Origin: an uncultured Bacteroidales bacterium
Lineage (GTDB): Bacteria > Bacteroidota > Bacteroidia > Bacteroidales > FEN-979
Length of the DNA: 64,000 nucleotides
Reading direction: 5' to 3'
NCBI GenBank assembly: GCA_903885595.1
Contig: CAISJJ010000019.1
Coordinates: 8,697-72,696, forward strand
Positions 36,445 to 45,251 of this stretch are shown piece by piece. The notes under the pieces are model-generated. The model saw only the letters and a program-made list of their open reading frames with translations. It was not told the DNA's origin and did no database searches. The translations under genes were made by a program, and so were the position numbers. Each line of letters begins with the position of its first letter. Positions within the stretch are counted from its first letter, which is position 1.

Positions 36445-37059
36445 ATGCAAAAGACAATAATAATATTGATATTCGCTTGCGTTATAAGCAATGTTTCTGC
36501 CCAGGAAAGACCATGGAGAATTGGAGTTAAGGCTGGCGTCAACTTCATACATTTGGAGAACTATGGCACCGGCTATTATTCCGACTTTGAAGCGAAATCA
36601 GGCTGGACTTTCGGCGCCTTTTTTCAATATAAATTCGGAGGTTTTGTAAATTACTCGATCGTGCCTGAAATTATTTTTACAAATTCATCGACCGATGCAG
36701 ATCTGATTTACTATACAGATATGATAACAACTTTGCAGACCATCGATATTCCTGTTAATTTCAAGGTGGGCCTGCAATTAAGTAAGATTTTCAGGCCGTA
36801 TCTGCTGGGAACCATATATGGATCATATGTAGTCAGCTATGAAGGAGATTTGTTTTACCATGTAGATGACTATAACGAAAGCGTTATCAAGAGTAATATC
36901 AATAAACTATTTTTCGGAGTTGGTGCCGGGATGGGTTTTGATATCTGGAAATTCCAGGTAGAGGGACGATACAGATGGAATATGAACAGAATTAATTCCG
37001 AATACTTCAGTGCCCTGAAACAACAGGGACTGGAAATCTCCTGCGCATTTCTTTTTTAA
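36445..37059 (+). CDS. Small outer-membrane beta-barrel protein (porin-family/OMP_b-brl_2-like)
   Basis: It has a signal peptide (VISNVSAQ), alternating hydrophobic strands and a terminal Phe (ISCAFLF). Confidence 0.7.
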   Translation: MQKTIIILIFACVISNVSAQERPWRIGVKAGVNFIHLENYGTGYYSDFEAKSGWTFGAFFQYKFGGFVNYSIVPEIIFTNSSTDADLIYYTDMITTLQTIDIPVNFKVGLQLSKIFRPYLLGTIYGSYVVSYEGDLFYHVDDYNESVIKSNINKLFFGVGAGMGFDIWKFQVEGRYRWNMNRINSEYFSALKQQGLEISCAFLF

Positions 37060-37086
37060 TTAAGGATTTTAAACACCATACCGAAG

Positions 37087-38283
37087 ATGAAAAAATTATT
37101 ATTGTATTGCGTCCTGATTTTTTGCTTATTCTCATGTAAGAAGGAACCCCTGGCCGAGGAAGATTGGATAATACTGGATAGCGTAAACAATGTTGAAACA
37201 ATAAATAAGTATGAACTGGCGGTAAGAACCAAACAAGACCCAAATGGGATTCTTTTCAAAGGGTTGCCTAATAAAAAAATAAAGGTAGTTTCAATAAATT
37301 ACCGGACTCTTGACCCTCAAAATAGAGAAATCATTGCTTCAGGTGCAATTTTTTACCCGGCGGTAGATGCAGATTATGCGAGATTGGGAACTATCTTAGG
37401 GCTTCATTACACCCTTGGAGCAAATTATGAGGCTCCTTCCGTGAGGATGGGAGCAACCGAAGGTCTTTTCTCACTATTCGGCTACTGCGTAGTAGTACCG
37501 GATTATATTGGTTATGGCGCCACATCCGATTCAATTCATCCCTATTATTGTGTTGAAAATACCGGCCGGGTCTCTGCCGACATGCTATTGGCTGCAAAAG
37601 AATATTTTGCTTCGATCAGCAGAAAAATGTCTCACAAAATCACGGTTTTGGGTTATTCTCAAGGCGGCCAGGCCTCCCTCTGTTTTCTCAAATTTGTAGA
37701 GACTGACGAGTTATATAAGGATGCCTTTGTAATAGACCAGGTTTTTGCCGGCGGTGGCGCTTATGATTTAGTGAAATCTTATGACGAATTTGTTCTTAAG
37801 AATTACAGCAGCCAGCCGGTTACAATCCCTCTGTTGGTACTGGGGCTCGATTATGGGGATAATTTACAATTAGATATTAAACAATGTTTTAAAGAACCCC
37901 TTTTATCACACTATAAGGAATGGGTGCTGTCAAAGAAGTACACGACCGACGAGGTTTCTGCAAAGCTTGATACAAAACTCACCAATGTCATGGCCGATTC
38001 AATGTACAGGAAGGACAACCCCAATACCAAAAAGTTTCTCAATGCATTGAAAATAAACAGTTTGATCATTAACGGGCAAACAACTGGATGGGCTCCCAAG
38101 GCTAAGGTAACCTTATTGCATGGGACTGACGACACCATAGTTCCCTACGCGAATACAAAAAGCGCCTATGAGGCGTTTTTGGCTGCAGGCTGTAATATTA
38201 CCCTTCATGATCTTAAAGGGAAAGACCATAAAGATGGCGGCCCGGTTTTTTACTCCTATTGTATTCTTAAATTAATGATTTAG
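37087..38283 (+). CDS. Lipoprotein alpha/beta hydrolase, LIP-like lipase (third in the window)
   Basis: It has the lipobox CLFSC followed by KKEP. It has the nucleophile elbow GYSQGG and the context VVPDYIGYGATSD. A C-terminal HGTDDTIVP...H region follows. Confidence 0.8.
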   Translation: MKKLLLYCVLIFCLFSCKKEPLAEEDWIILDSVNNVETINKYELAVRTKQDPNGILFKGLPNKKIKVVSINYRTLDPQNREIIASGAIFYPAVDADYARLGTILGLHYTLGANYEAPSVRMGATEGLFSLFGYCVVVPDYIGYGATSDSIHPYYCVENTGRVSADMLLAAKEYFASISRKMSHKITVLGYSQGGQASLCFLKFVETDELYKDAFVIDQVFAGGGAYDLVKSYDEFVLKNYSSQPVTIPLLVLGLDYGDNLQLDIKQCFKEPLLSHYKEWVLSKKYTTDEVSAKLDTKLTNVMADSMYRKDNPNTKKFLNALKINSLIINGQTTGWAPKAKVTLLHGTDDTIVPYANTKSAYEAFLAAGCNITLHDLKGKDHKDGGPVFYSYCILKLMI

Positions 38284-38294
38284 CTATTCTAACG

Positions 38295-38828
38295 ATGAAG
38301 ACCAGGACATCCCTTTTTATTTTATTGTTGATTTCGACGGCACTCAGCGCCCAGGATTCGACGGCGCTCAGAACCCACAATAAAAAGTCTTACGCAAAAC
38401 ACAACAAAGGATATTTCTTCGATGTGGGGATGTCGGCCGGAGCAACATTCCCAAAAGGCCTTGACCCGAAAGCGATTGTTGAAGTTTATTCAACACACGG
38501 CTACCAGTTCTCCAATACCTTTTCATTAGGTGCCGGCATTTCCACTTACAATACGGAAAGCATAATCGGTTACTTCCAATTAAGATTCAATTTGCGCAAG
38601 ATAAAGGAAAACAGAACTAGTTACCCGTATATTGCACTGAAAGGGGGTTATTCATGGAGTACCTGGACCGGCGATTCATGGGGAGACGACAAAGGCCCGG
38701 TAGAGGAACTTAAACTCGGATGGTGTTTTTATACAAAAGAAGCAAATTTAAGGTGGAGTGTATTTGCAGCACCCAGCCTATATCAGTTCTACTTTATTCC
38801 AAAGATCGGATTAGCTTTTGAATTCTAG
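38295..38828 (+). CDS. Small outer-membrane beta-barrel-like protein
   Basis: It has a signal peptide (ISTALSAQ), Gly/aromatic-rich strands and a terminal IGLAFEF. Confidence 0.6.
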   Translation: MKTRTSLFILLLISTALSAQDSTALRTHNKKSYAKHNKGYFFDVGMSAGATFPKGLDPKAIVEVYSTHGYQFSNTFSLGAGISTYNTESIIGYFQLRFNLRKIKENRTSYPYIALKGGYSWSTWTGDSWGDDKGPVEELKLGWCFYTKEANLRWSVFAAPSLYQFYFIPKIGLAFEF

Positions 38829-38868
38829 AAGAGCTTGAAACACCCGAACAGGTAACTTACAGCTTACA

Positions 38869-39660
38869 CTATTTCAGGGAAAATGCTGGCGGGCCAGCTA
38901 CTTTTTCCATCCGGAAGCTGGTAATCCGGCCATTTTCTCGTAAACCCGTCCAAAACATTGTATCCCCTTTAATGCTGAAATTCCAGCATTCATAAGCCTT
39001 GCCTTTTTCTCCCGATATGAGGTCGTTGGTGTAATTGGATGCCATAAAGTCCCCGTAAAGAAAGTAAACCCCTTCATTATCAAGTTTATTGAGCCAGTTA
39101 CCATGATCATCCTGATAATAGTAATCATAATGACCGTTTGTGAAATACTCCCAATAATGATAACCGACATCAGGACTGCCCGGTGTTGTAGATTTTCCGT
39201 ACCATGTACCCACAAACTGACGGGAGAGATCAGCTGTTATTTTCTTATTGGTGTATGTTTTATGATCGGGATATTCTACATTATTAATTATAAATTTACT
39301 GACCGAATAGCTTAAGGTTTGCTGATCAACCGACAGGATTTCAAACTCCATGTGAAACCTGTTACCAAATTTATTCATCCCATCGATAATGATCATTTTG
39401 CCATTGACGCTGTATGTGTGGTCATTGTTTTCCAGCCAGGTTTTATTGTTCTCGTCCAATTTATATCCTGTGGCATAAGGCTGGACATTGTCTGACCTGA
39501 ACTCAAAAGTAAAAGAGGCATCGGTTAAAACCGATTCATTATTCACCTGTGTATTGACCCATTTACCGAGGATCAGGGAGGCATAATTTGTTTCCGTCTC
39601 TTTTTTGCAGCCAAAAAGCAGAAGCGGCAGGATAATTCCAGCCAATAAGCGTTTTTTCAT
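38869..39660 (-). CDS. Lipoprotein of unknown function
   Basis: I place the start at the internal ATG at 39660 (MKKRLLAGIILPLLLFGC followed by KKETE). A -7 box at 39692-39699 lies inside the longer track ORF (start 39768). Confidence 0.7.
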   Translation of the reverse strand: MKKRLLAGIILPLLLFGCKKETETNYASLILGKWVNTQVNNESVLTDASFTFEFRSDNVQPYATGYKLDENNKTWLENNDHTYSVNGKMIIIDGMNKFGNRFHMEFEILSVDQQTLSYSVSKFIINNVEYPDHKTYTNKKITADLSRQFVGTWYGKSTTPGSPDVGYHYWEYFTNGHYDYYYQDDHGNWLNKLDNEGVYFLYGDFMASNYTNDLISGEKGKAYECWNFSIKGDTMFWTGLRENGRITSFRMEKVAGPPAFSLK

Positions 39661-39691
39661 TAATTCAACAATAAAAATTTTAATTTCTGGC

Positions 39692-39699
39692 CAAAAGTA
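39692..39699 (-). promoter_or_regulatory. -7 promoter box TACTTTTG
   Basis: The reverse complement of caaaagta is TACTTTTG. It lies 32 nt upstream of the ATG at 39660. Confidence 0.4.
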
Positions 39700-39944
39700 G
39701 CAATAATGAACCAAAGCAGGCCATAATAACCGGAATTCATTTTGTGATTCATTTGTTAACCTGGGCATACAGCGCTTCCATGTTCTTCAATCTGACCGTT
39801 TGCGGAGCATTTGGTTGATCGTGATCCCAGTGGTGGCAGAGGGGATAAGTTTTATGTTTGAAAGAATTGTCCTTAATGTGTTTAATAGGGCATTACCAAG
39901 TGACTAATTCTGTAAATTAGCCGGCCTATTCTGATAAAAACAAC

Positions 39945-41390
39945 ATGATCAAACGAAAATTATTATTCCTTATCGCGGTCATCCTTATTGCAGTCGTCGC
40001 CGGGTTTACCAGCTGTAAAAAAGCCGATCCTGAATCATATCGTTTCCAGTTCCAGTTCATCACTGAAGAATACAAACCGCTCAACTATAACGACAACGGG
40101 AATCTGACGGGTCTAGGTCCTGAACTCCTGAAGGAAATTTGCCAGCAGCTTGACATTCCGTTTGAGGTGAGTGTACTTCCCTGGGATCAGGCTTATTCTA
40201 AGGCGCTTGAAACCGATAATGCCGTCCTTTTTTCGACGATCCTGAATGCCCACAGGAAAGACCTGTTCAAATGGGCAGGGCCTATCGCAAGTCTCGACCA
40301 GGTGTTTTACTCCTCTTCGCAGAACCCGATCAAGCTTAACTCACTGGAGGATGCAAAAACTATCGGGAAAATAGGGGTACTGCAGGATTATGCGATAACG
40401 CAGTTCCTGGTTGGCCAGGGATTCACCAATCTTGTGTATTGTAAAGACATCCTTGAAGCCTTTAACCAGTTGCTTGATGGGGAGATCGATCTCTTCCCGT
40501 CTGACAGGATCAGTGCCAATGCTGCCCTTGAAGCGCTTGACAAATCAATCTATTCGGTTTCCGAACGGCTGACCATTCGAACCGATCTTGTTTATTATGC
40601 ATTCAATAAAAAAATTCCGGATGATGTGGTGGCAGATTTCCAGATTCAATTAAACCGGCTTAAGGAGAACGGCAAGGTGTTATCGCTGTATAGGAAATTC
40701 ATGAACTCATCGGATTTCCCGGGCAGTTTCCAGGTTTATACCGAGAACTACCCGCCCCTGACCTTCAGGGATGCCTATGGAAATATCACCGGCTTTGGCA
40801 CCGAGGTGGTCAGGGAGATCATGAAGAAGAACAATCAATTCGCCGACATCAGGCTGACGCTGTGGAGCATCGGGTATGACCTCGCACAAAACAATCCGAA
40901 TTTCTGCCTTTTCACGATGGACCGCACCCCAGGCCGTGATTCTCTTTTCCAGTGGGTGGGTCCGCTGGGGACCAATACCACCTATTTTTATACAAAAAAC
41001 GGATCCGGAATTACTATTTCTTCGCTCCAGGATGCCATGAACCTTCCGGCAGTGGGTACGGTAGATTCATGGTTCTCGGACCAGTATTTACGGTCGCTTG
41101 GGTTTACCAACCTGGTTTCGGATGGTGACCCGGTTTTGATGACCAAAAAGCTCATGTCGGGACAAGTTCAGGCATTCGTATGTTCCAGCGTCACCTTTCC
41201 TGATATTGTGCATGAATCAGGTTTCATGTCCAGCCAGGTTGTTCCCTCCTTCCCGCTTATGTTTACGGACTATTACATAGCATTTTCAAAAAACACGCCG
41301 GCAAACGTCATTAGTCAATGGCAACAGGCGCTGGATGAGTTGAAGGCGGATGGAACGTATGGGGAGGTTTACAGGAAGTGGTTTAATTAA
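39945..41390 (+). CDS. Lipoprotein with two tandem type-3 solute-binding (SBP_bac_3-like) domains
   Basis: It has the lipobox GFTSC followed by KKADP. An internal duplication is visible: YKPLNYNDNGNLTGLGPELLKEI...PWDQAY...LFKWAGPI matches YPPLTFRDAYGNITGFGTEVVREI...LWSIGY...LFQWVGPL. Confidence 0.8.
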   Translation: MIKRKLLFLIAVILIAVVAGFTSCKKADPESYRFQFQFITEEYKPLNYNDNGNLTGLGPELLKEICQQLDIPFEVSVLPWDQAYSKALETDNAVLFSTILNAHRKDLFKWAGPIASLDQVFYSSSQNPIKLNSLEDAKTIGKIGVLQDYAITQFLVGQGFTNLVYCKDILEAFNQLLDGEIDLFPSDRISANAALEALDKSIYSVSERLTIRTDLVYYAFNKKIPDDVVADFQIQLNRLKENGKVLSLYRKFMNSSDFPGSFQVYTENYPPLTFRDAYGNITGFGTEVVREIMKKNNQFADIRLTLWSIGYDLAQNNPNFCLFTMDRTPGRDSLFQWVGPLGTNTTYFYTKNGSGITISSLQDAMNLPAVGTVDSWFSDQYLRSLGFTNLVSDGDPVLMTKKLMSGQVQAFVCSSVTFPDIVHESGFMSSQVVPSFPLMFTDYYIAFSKNTPANVISQWQQALDELKADGTYGEVYRKWFN

Positions 41391-41395
41391 GATGT

Positions 41396-41475
41396 CGAGG
41401 TAGTGAGGTAGCGAGATAGCGAAATGGAGAAATAGCGAGGTAGCGAGGTAGCGAGGTAGCGAAATGGTGAAAGAT
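41396..41475. repeat. 8-nt-period tandem repeat (10 units, arranged as 2 x 40 nt)
   Basis: The units are cgaggtag tgaggtag cgagatag cgaaatgg agaaatag | cgaggtag cgaggtag cgaggtag cgaaatgg tgaaagat. They lie between two convergent genes. Confidence 0.8.
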
Positions 41476-41482
41476 TGGCTGG

Positions 41483-42511
41483 TTACCAGCCTGTTGAAAT
41501 GCTGCCGTCGATGATGCCTGCTTTGATGTTTTCAATGGCAAGTTTCATGCTATCGGGTATCTGCGATTCATAATCGTGCCAGGGAGCCAGCTCTACACCC
41601 TGGTTCGACAGGTTGCCGGTGTAAATGCCACCGCCAATAAAGCGACCATAAATAAATGATTTAATTACTGCGTAAATAGCATTGTCGAGACTTTTCATGG
41701 CAGAAGAGATCAAAATGCCGGAAACCTCCGGAACAGATATAAACTGATCCACATCAACCCCAACACCCTGCTTTCCGAGTTCCATTGCTTTGAACAATGC
41801 TCCATTCCCAGTTTGTCCGCCCACACCAAACATCACATCGGCTCCGGTTGCAAACAGACTGTCGGCAAGATGCCCGCCCAACCCGGAATTGATGAAGGTC
41901 CCGGCGTAAACCCCGTGATGGGCTACTGTTTTTCCAAACTCCTGGTTAAACCGTTCGACCCCATTCAGGTAAGGCTCAGTAAACTGCCTGATAGTGGGAA
42001 TCTCAAACGCACCGACGAATCCCACTGCCGGGTTTTCGTTGTCATGAACATCGGCCCACCATGCTGATAAAAACCCCAATGGATATGCAACTTCATCCAC
42101 ATCGAACAAAACACTAACCGTGTTGGCCCGGGGTGGCGACAATTCAGCATCAACGAGAACGAATTTGGTTCCAGGGTAGTTATTTGCCGATGCTGCAACA
42201 GCATCATTCCACATATACCCAACGGCGATAATTAAATCGAAGTTCTGGTTAGCGAAGTATCCCAGCCTTTCCTGGTAGCTGTTGGTAGTTGTATCGATGC
42301 TATATTCACATTCGAGGCTGAAATCCGTTTTTGCCTTTTCGAGACCGGTTTTACAGCTTTGCAGGAATGCGCCATCATCGAAGGTAATACCCTGGGCCAG
42401 CATCGCTACCCTTATTTTTTGGTGTGATGAGTTGTCTTCTTGTTTGCAGGAAGGTATGACCCACAGGGCTCCTAATAATAACCAAAAAAAACAGCCTGTT
42501 GAATTATGCAT
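41483..42511 (-). CDS. BMP-family (PnrA-like) substrate-binding lipoprotein
   Basis: I place the start at the internal ATG at 42511 (MHNSTGCFFWLLLGALWVIPSC followed by KQED). It has IRVAMLAQGITFDDGAFLQS...DLIIAVGYMWNDAVAASANNYPGTKFVLVDA, as in Bmp/PnrA proteins. The -7 box at 42530-42537 excludes the longer ORF. Confidence 0.8.
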   Translation of the reverse strand: MHNSTGCFFWLLLGALWVIPSCKQEDNSSHQKIRVAMLAQGITFDDGAFLQSCKTGLEKAKTDFSLECEYSIDTTTNSYQERLGYFANQNFDLIIAVGYMWNDAVAASANNYPGTKFVLVDAELSPPRANTVSVLFDVDEVAYPLGFLSAWWADVHDNENPAVGFVGAFEIPTIRQFTEPYLNGVERFNQEFGKTVAHHGVYAGTFINSGLGGHLADSLFATGADVMFGVGGQTGNGALFKAMELGKQGVGVDVDQFISVPEVSGILISSAMKSLDNAIYAVIKSFIYGRFIGGGIYTGNLSNQGVELAPWHDYESQIPDSMKLAIENIKAGIIDGSISTGW

Positions 42512-42529
42512 TGTAAACACAATTTTCGG

Positions 42530-42537
42530 CAAAGATA
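42530..42537 (-). promoter_or_regulatory. -7 promoter box TATCTTTG
   Basis: The reverse complement of caaagata is TATCTTTG. It lies 19 nt upstream of the ATG at 42511. Confidence 0.4.
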
Positions 42538-42698
42538 AGAAAATGGCTGTTGTCACGGAGCACAAAGCCGGAAGGGAGGAGCCATGGGTACACCGGACGG
42601 AGGACGAGGGAGATTTTTCAACATTGGATCTATCTGGCGGACAATCCGGGATTAACACCCGGTAAACCGGAGGGGTAATTTTTTTGCCTCCAAGGAAT

Positions 42699-43835
42699 TC
42701 ATTTTGCTTCAAATTTGTAAATTCTGTATTGCTTAATGCACGTACCTCCTACTTTTTCGAGAATTGATTTCATTCTCAGGTTGTTTTCCATCACGTAACC
42801 GGCCTCTCCGTGATACATTCCCAGTGACATGCAATTTTCCTTTATTTTCTGATACAGGATCAGATCGATGCCCTTGTTCCTGAATTCATCGAGCATGCCC
42901 AGGATCAGAATGCGTGCATTGCTGATCTTTCGTTTGTACCAAATGAATTTAAGAATGCCGAATAATCCCAATTTTCCTGATTTGATGCGGCTGAATACCT
43001 GGTTCAGGTCGGGGAGGGCTATTATAAAACCAATGGGCTGCTGCCCTTTTTCGACGATCAGGATCAGTTTCTCCGGAACAAACTGGCTGAACTGCCGGGC
43101 AGTGCTTCTGAATTCCGGTTCAGTCATTGGCAGGAATCCCCAGTTGTCTTTATTCGCCTGATTGTAGACTCCAAGCAAGGGCACTATTTCCTGGTCGAGC
43201 GTTTTATAGTTAATCGCCCTGATTTTTATATCGGATTCCGCAAGATGATCGCTGATCCGTTTTACCATTCTTAGCACGGAGGGTGACAATAAAACCCGGT
43301 CATCCTGCAAGGTGTAGGAAGATAAATCCATTTCCTTTTCAAACCCGAACCGGAGGAGGAAATCATTGTACCAGGGCTTGTTGTATGGCATCATCACAAC
43401 CGGCGGGGTGTCGAATCCCGAAATCAGCATTCCGCACGATTCATTGGTTGTAAAGTTTTCAGGGCCTCGAAGGGTTGTCAAACCTTCCTCCCTGATCCAG
43501 CTTACTGCCTTGTTGAGCAGGGCTGCAGCCACTTCAAAATCATTCACTGATTCGAAAAAGCCAAAAAAACCACACAGTTCACCGGTATGGCTGATGTGGT
43601 TATTATTCCTTATCAGAGCGATGCGGCCGGCCACCTGGTTTTCTTTACATGCCAGGAAAAAATCGACCTTTGAATGCAGGAAAAATGGATTCTTCTTCCG
43701 GTCGAACAGGGACTGTTGCATGACAAAGGGCTCCTGGATATAACATGGATCATCGCGGTATAAAATATGGGGAAACCGGATGAACCGCCTGAGATCCTTC
43801 ACAGACATTACTTCATGTATTTCAATCATGATCAT
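42699..43835 (-). CDS. ~380-aa GNAT-fold acyltransferase-like protein of an uncharacterised family
   Basis: It has an N-terminal ...LRRFIRFPHILYRDDPCYIQEP...KKNPFFLHSKVDFFLA...GRIALI...GFFGFFES pattern. A C-terminal acetyl-CoA-site-like RILILGMLDEFRNKGIDLILY follows. It resembles a widespread but unstudied Bacteroidota GNAT family (from memory). Its start overlaps the upstream stop by 4 nt. Confidence 0.7.
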   Translation of the reverse strand: MIMIEIHEVMSVKDLRRFIRFPHILYRDDPCYIQEPFVMQQSLFDRKKNPFFLHSKVDFFLACKENQVAGRIALIRNNNHISHTGELCGFFGFFESVNDFEVAAALLNKAVSWIREEGLTTLRGPENFTTNESCGMLISGFDTPPVVMMPYNKPWYNDFLLRFGFEKEMDLSSYTLQDDRVLLSPSVLRMVKRISDHLAESDIKIRAINYKTLDQEIVPLLGVYNQANKDNWGFLPMTEPEFRSTARQFSQFVPEKLILIVEKGQQPIGFIIALPDLNQVFSRIKSGKLGLFGILKFIWYKRKISNARILILGMLDEFRNKGIDLILYQKIKENCMSLGMYHGEAGYVMENNLRMKSILEKVGGTCIKQYRIYKFEAK

Positions 43836-45040
43836 TCAGCTATTTGTTTTTCAAGGGGCCTGCCATGGCGTTTGAATTCCTCCAGGCCACAGGAGGGAAC
43901 AAGCCTGCCTTCGTACAGCATGGCATCGGGACAGCCATCGCATTCATCTCTGATTCCATTTACAAAACCGGGTGGAATGATGTAACAGATCAGTTGAACG
44001 GTTGAACGCCTGAACAGGTTCAGGGGGTTCCGGATGATCTCTTTCAGGAAATTATACACGATAATCCTGAAGTCAGAAAGAAACAGGCTTAATAATACCA
44101 GCTGAATGAAATTCAGGTAACTTCTGCCGTTGCCGAATTTATAGGCATATTTCCCGGCGAACAAATGGTGGAAAACCTGGAACGATTCGACAAATTTCGG
44201 GCCTGTAAAACCAAGTATTTTTTTATTCAGGACGATGTAGGATGACTGCAGCCATTTGATGCGGGCATCTTCCAGCCTGCTTCCCAGGTAAGCTGAATAC
44301 CTTATGCCGGGAATAACAGTCTGCACCTGGTTGCACAGGTCTTCAGCATAGACCCATTTCGAACAATCCAGAATTTCATCTTTTTCAAAAAGAACCTGCC
44401 GGATGGGAATAAAGGTTACAAAATCAACGAGGCTGGCGTGTTCCACCGACCAGTTGATTACGGAACCAATCTCTTTGAGGTTGTCGTGGTTTACTACGCA
44501 CAGGAAGGTCAGGTGTATGCCTCCCACAGCATGAACCATTTCACCATAGCGTTTCCGGAGGTCATTGAGTTTCTCTTCCGTTACCGACCTGTGCCGGCTT
44601 AAAGAGTCGACCCTGATGATGAGGCCCGCCAGCCCCTCTTTTTTAAGCCCCGCAAGTACTTCACTGGTTAACAGCACCCCGTTTGTATGTACGAAGGGAA
44701 CCATATCGTGGTCCCTGATAAACCGGATGATGGTTCCGAGTTCAGGATGCAGGAATGGTTCTCCGCCACTGAGGGAGATGATCTGGCAATTCCGCAGCCG
44801 TTTCATCTCAAGGATGTTTTCCTTCACCTTTTCAATGGGTTGGTGAACGGGGATGTTGTCATCCCGGTCGCACCCCCTGTAACATCCCGGGCATTTGAGG
44901 TTGCAGTCGGTGGTTATCTCGACCCAACCGTTCGGGTTGTCGTTCTTGGTAAACGGCAGGCGGTACAGCGTCGAAATGTCAGGAAGTCCGGTTGCTATAT
45001 TCATCTTAGATTTGGTTAGTCGGATTGTTTTACGGTTCAT
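43832..45040 (-). CDS. Radical SAM enzyme (no B12-type N-terminal domain)
   Basis: The CxxxCxxC motif sits near the N-terminus (ITTDCNLKCPGCYR), followed by SLSGGEPFLHPEL and HTNG. The C-terminal Cys-rich tail reads IRDECDGCPDAMLYEGRLVPSCG. Confidence 0.85.
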   Translation of the reverse strand: MNRKTIRLTKSKMNIATGLPDISTLYRLPFTKNDNPNGWVEITTDCNLKCPGCYRGCDRDDNIPVHQPIEKVKENILEMKRLRNCQIISLSGGEPFLHPELGTIIRFIRDHDMVPFVHTNGVLLTSEVLAGLKKEGLAGLIIRVDSLSRHRSVTEEKLNDLRKRYGEMVHAVGGIHLTFLCVVNHDNLKEIGSVINWSVEHASLVDFVTFIPIRQVLFEKDEILDCSKWVYAEDLCNQVQTVIPGIRYSAYLGSRLEDARIKWLQSSYIVLNKKILGFTGPKFVESFQVFHHLFAGKYAYKFGNGRSYLNFIQLVLLSLFLSDFRIIVYNFLKEIIRNPLNLFRRSTVQLICYIIPPGFVNGIRDECDGCPDAMLYEGRLVPSCGLEEFKRHGRPLEKQIAE

Positions 45041-45085
45041 TATGCTTATTTAAGCTGATCATTTCACAAATGACAATCAATGATG

Positions 45086-45210
45086 TTTTCTTTGTGATTC
45101 TAAGTGTCTACTATGTGAACTCCGTGTAATTTTCTTTCATGGAGAGCCTCGTTGAAATCTTCTTTCACGGAGAACCACGGAGAGATTACACAGAGAGCTA
45201 CAAAGAAAGA
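45086..45210. repeat. Imperfect inverted/direct word repeats (CTCCGTG / CACGG(G)AGAG / CACAGAGAG)
   Basis: ctccgtgtaat (45120-45130) faces attacacagag (45186-45196), with 10 of 11 positions complementary. ttctttcatggagag (45132-45146) and ttctttcacggagaac (45160-45175) are direct repeats. ctttgtga (left) faces tacaaag (right). The repeats lie in the 211-nt gap inside the rSAM operon. Confidence 0.6.
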
Positions 45211-45251
45211 ATTTATAAGTTGTTCCAATTTTAAATTAAAAAACATATTTG

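Noticed and set aside
38869-39768. Longer N-terminal extensions offered by the ORF track: 38869-39768, 41483-42712, 28583-29920, 54909-56585 and 47939-49051
   Set aside because: The extensions lack signal-peptide character, and several start with TTG. In three cases a TAnnTTTG -7 box lies inside the extension, just upstream of an internal ATG that begins a textbook lipoprotein or TM leader.
41396-41475. CRISPR array
   Set aside because: The period is only 8 nt with no unique spacers, and there are no cas genes in the window. It is a minisatellite, not a CRISPR array.
45041-45251. A small precursor-peptide ORF between two rSAM genes, which would have made the operon a RiPP cluster
   Set aside because: On first reading I translated a 48-codon minus-strand ORF from the ATG at 45246. 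Recounting the bases (five T, not six, after the ATG, and cacggg rather than cacgg at 45176-45181) shows that this ATG frame stops after 4 codons. The only longer open frame (~35 codons) has no ATG and runs out of the upstream gene. No credible peptide gene is present.
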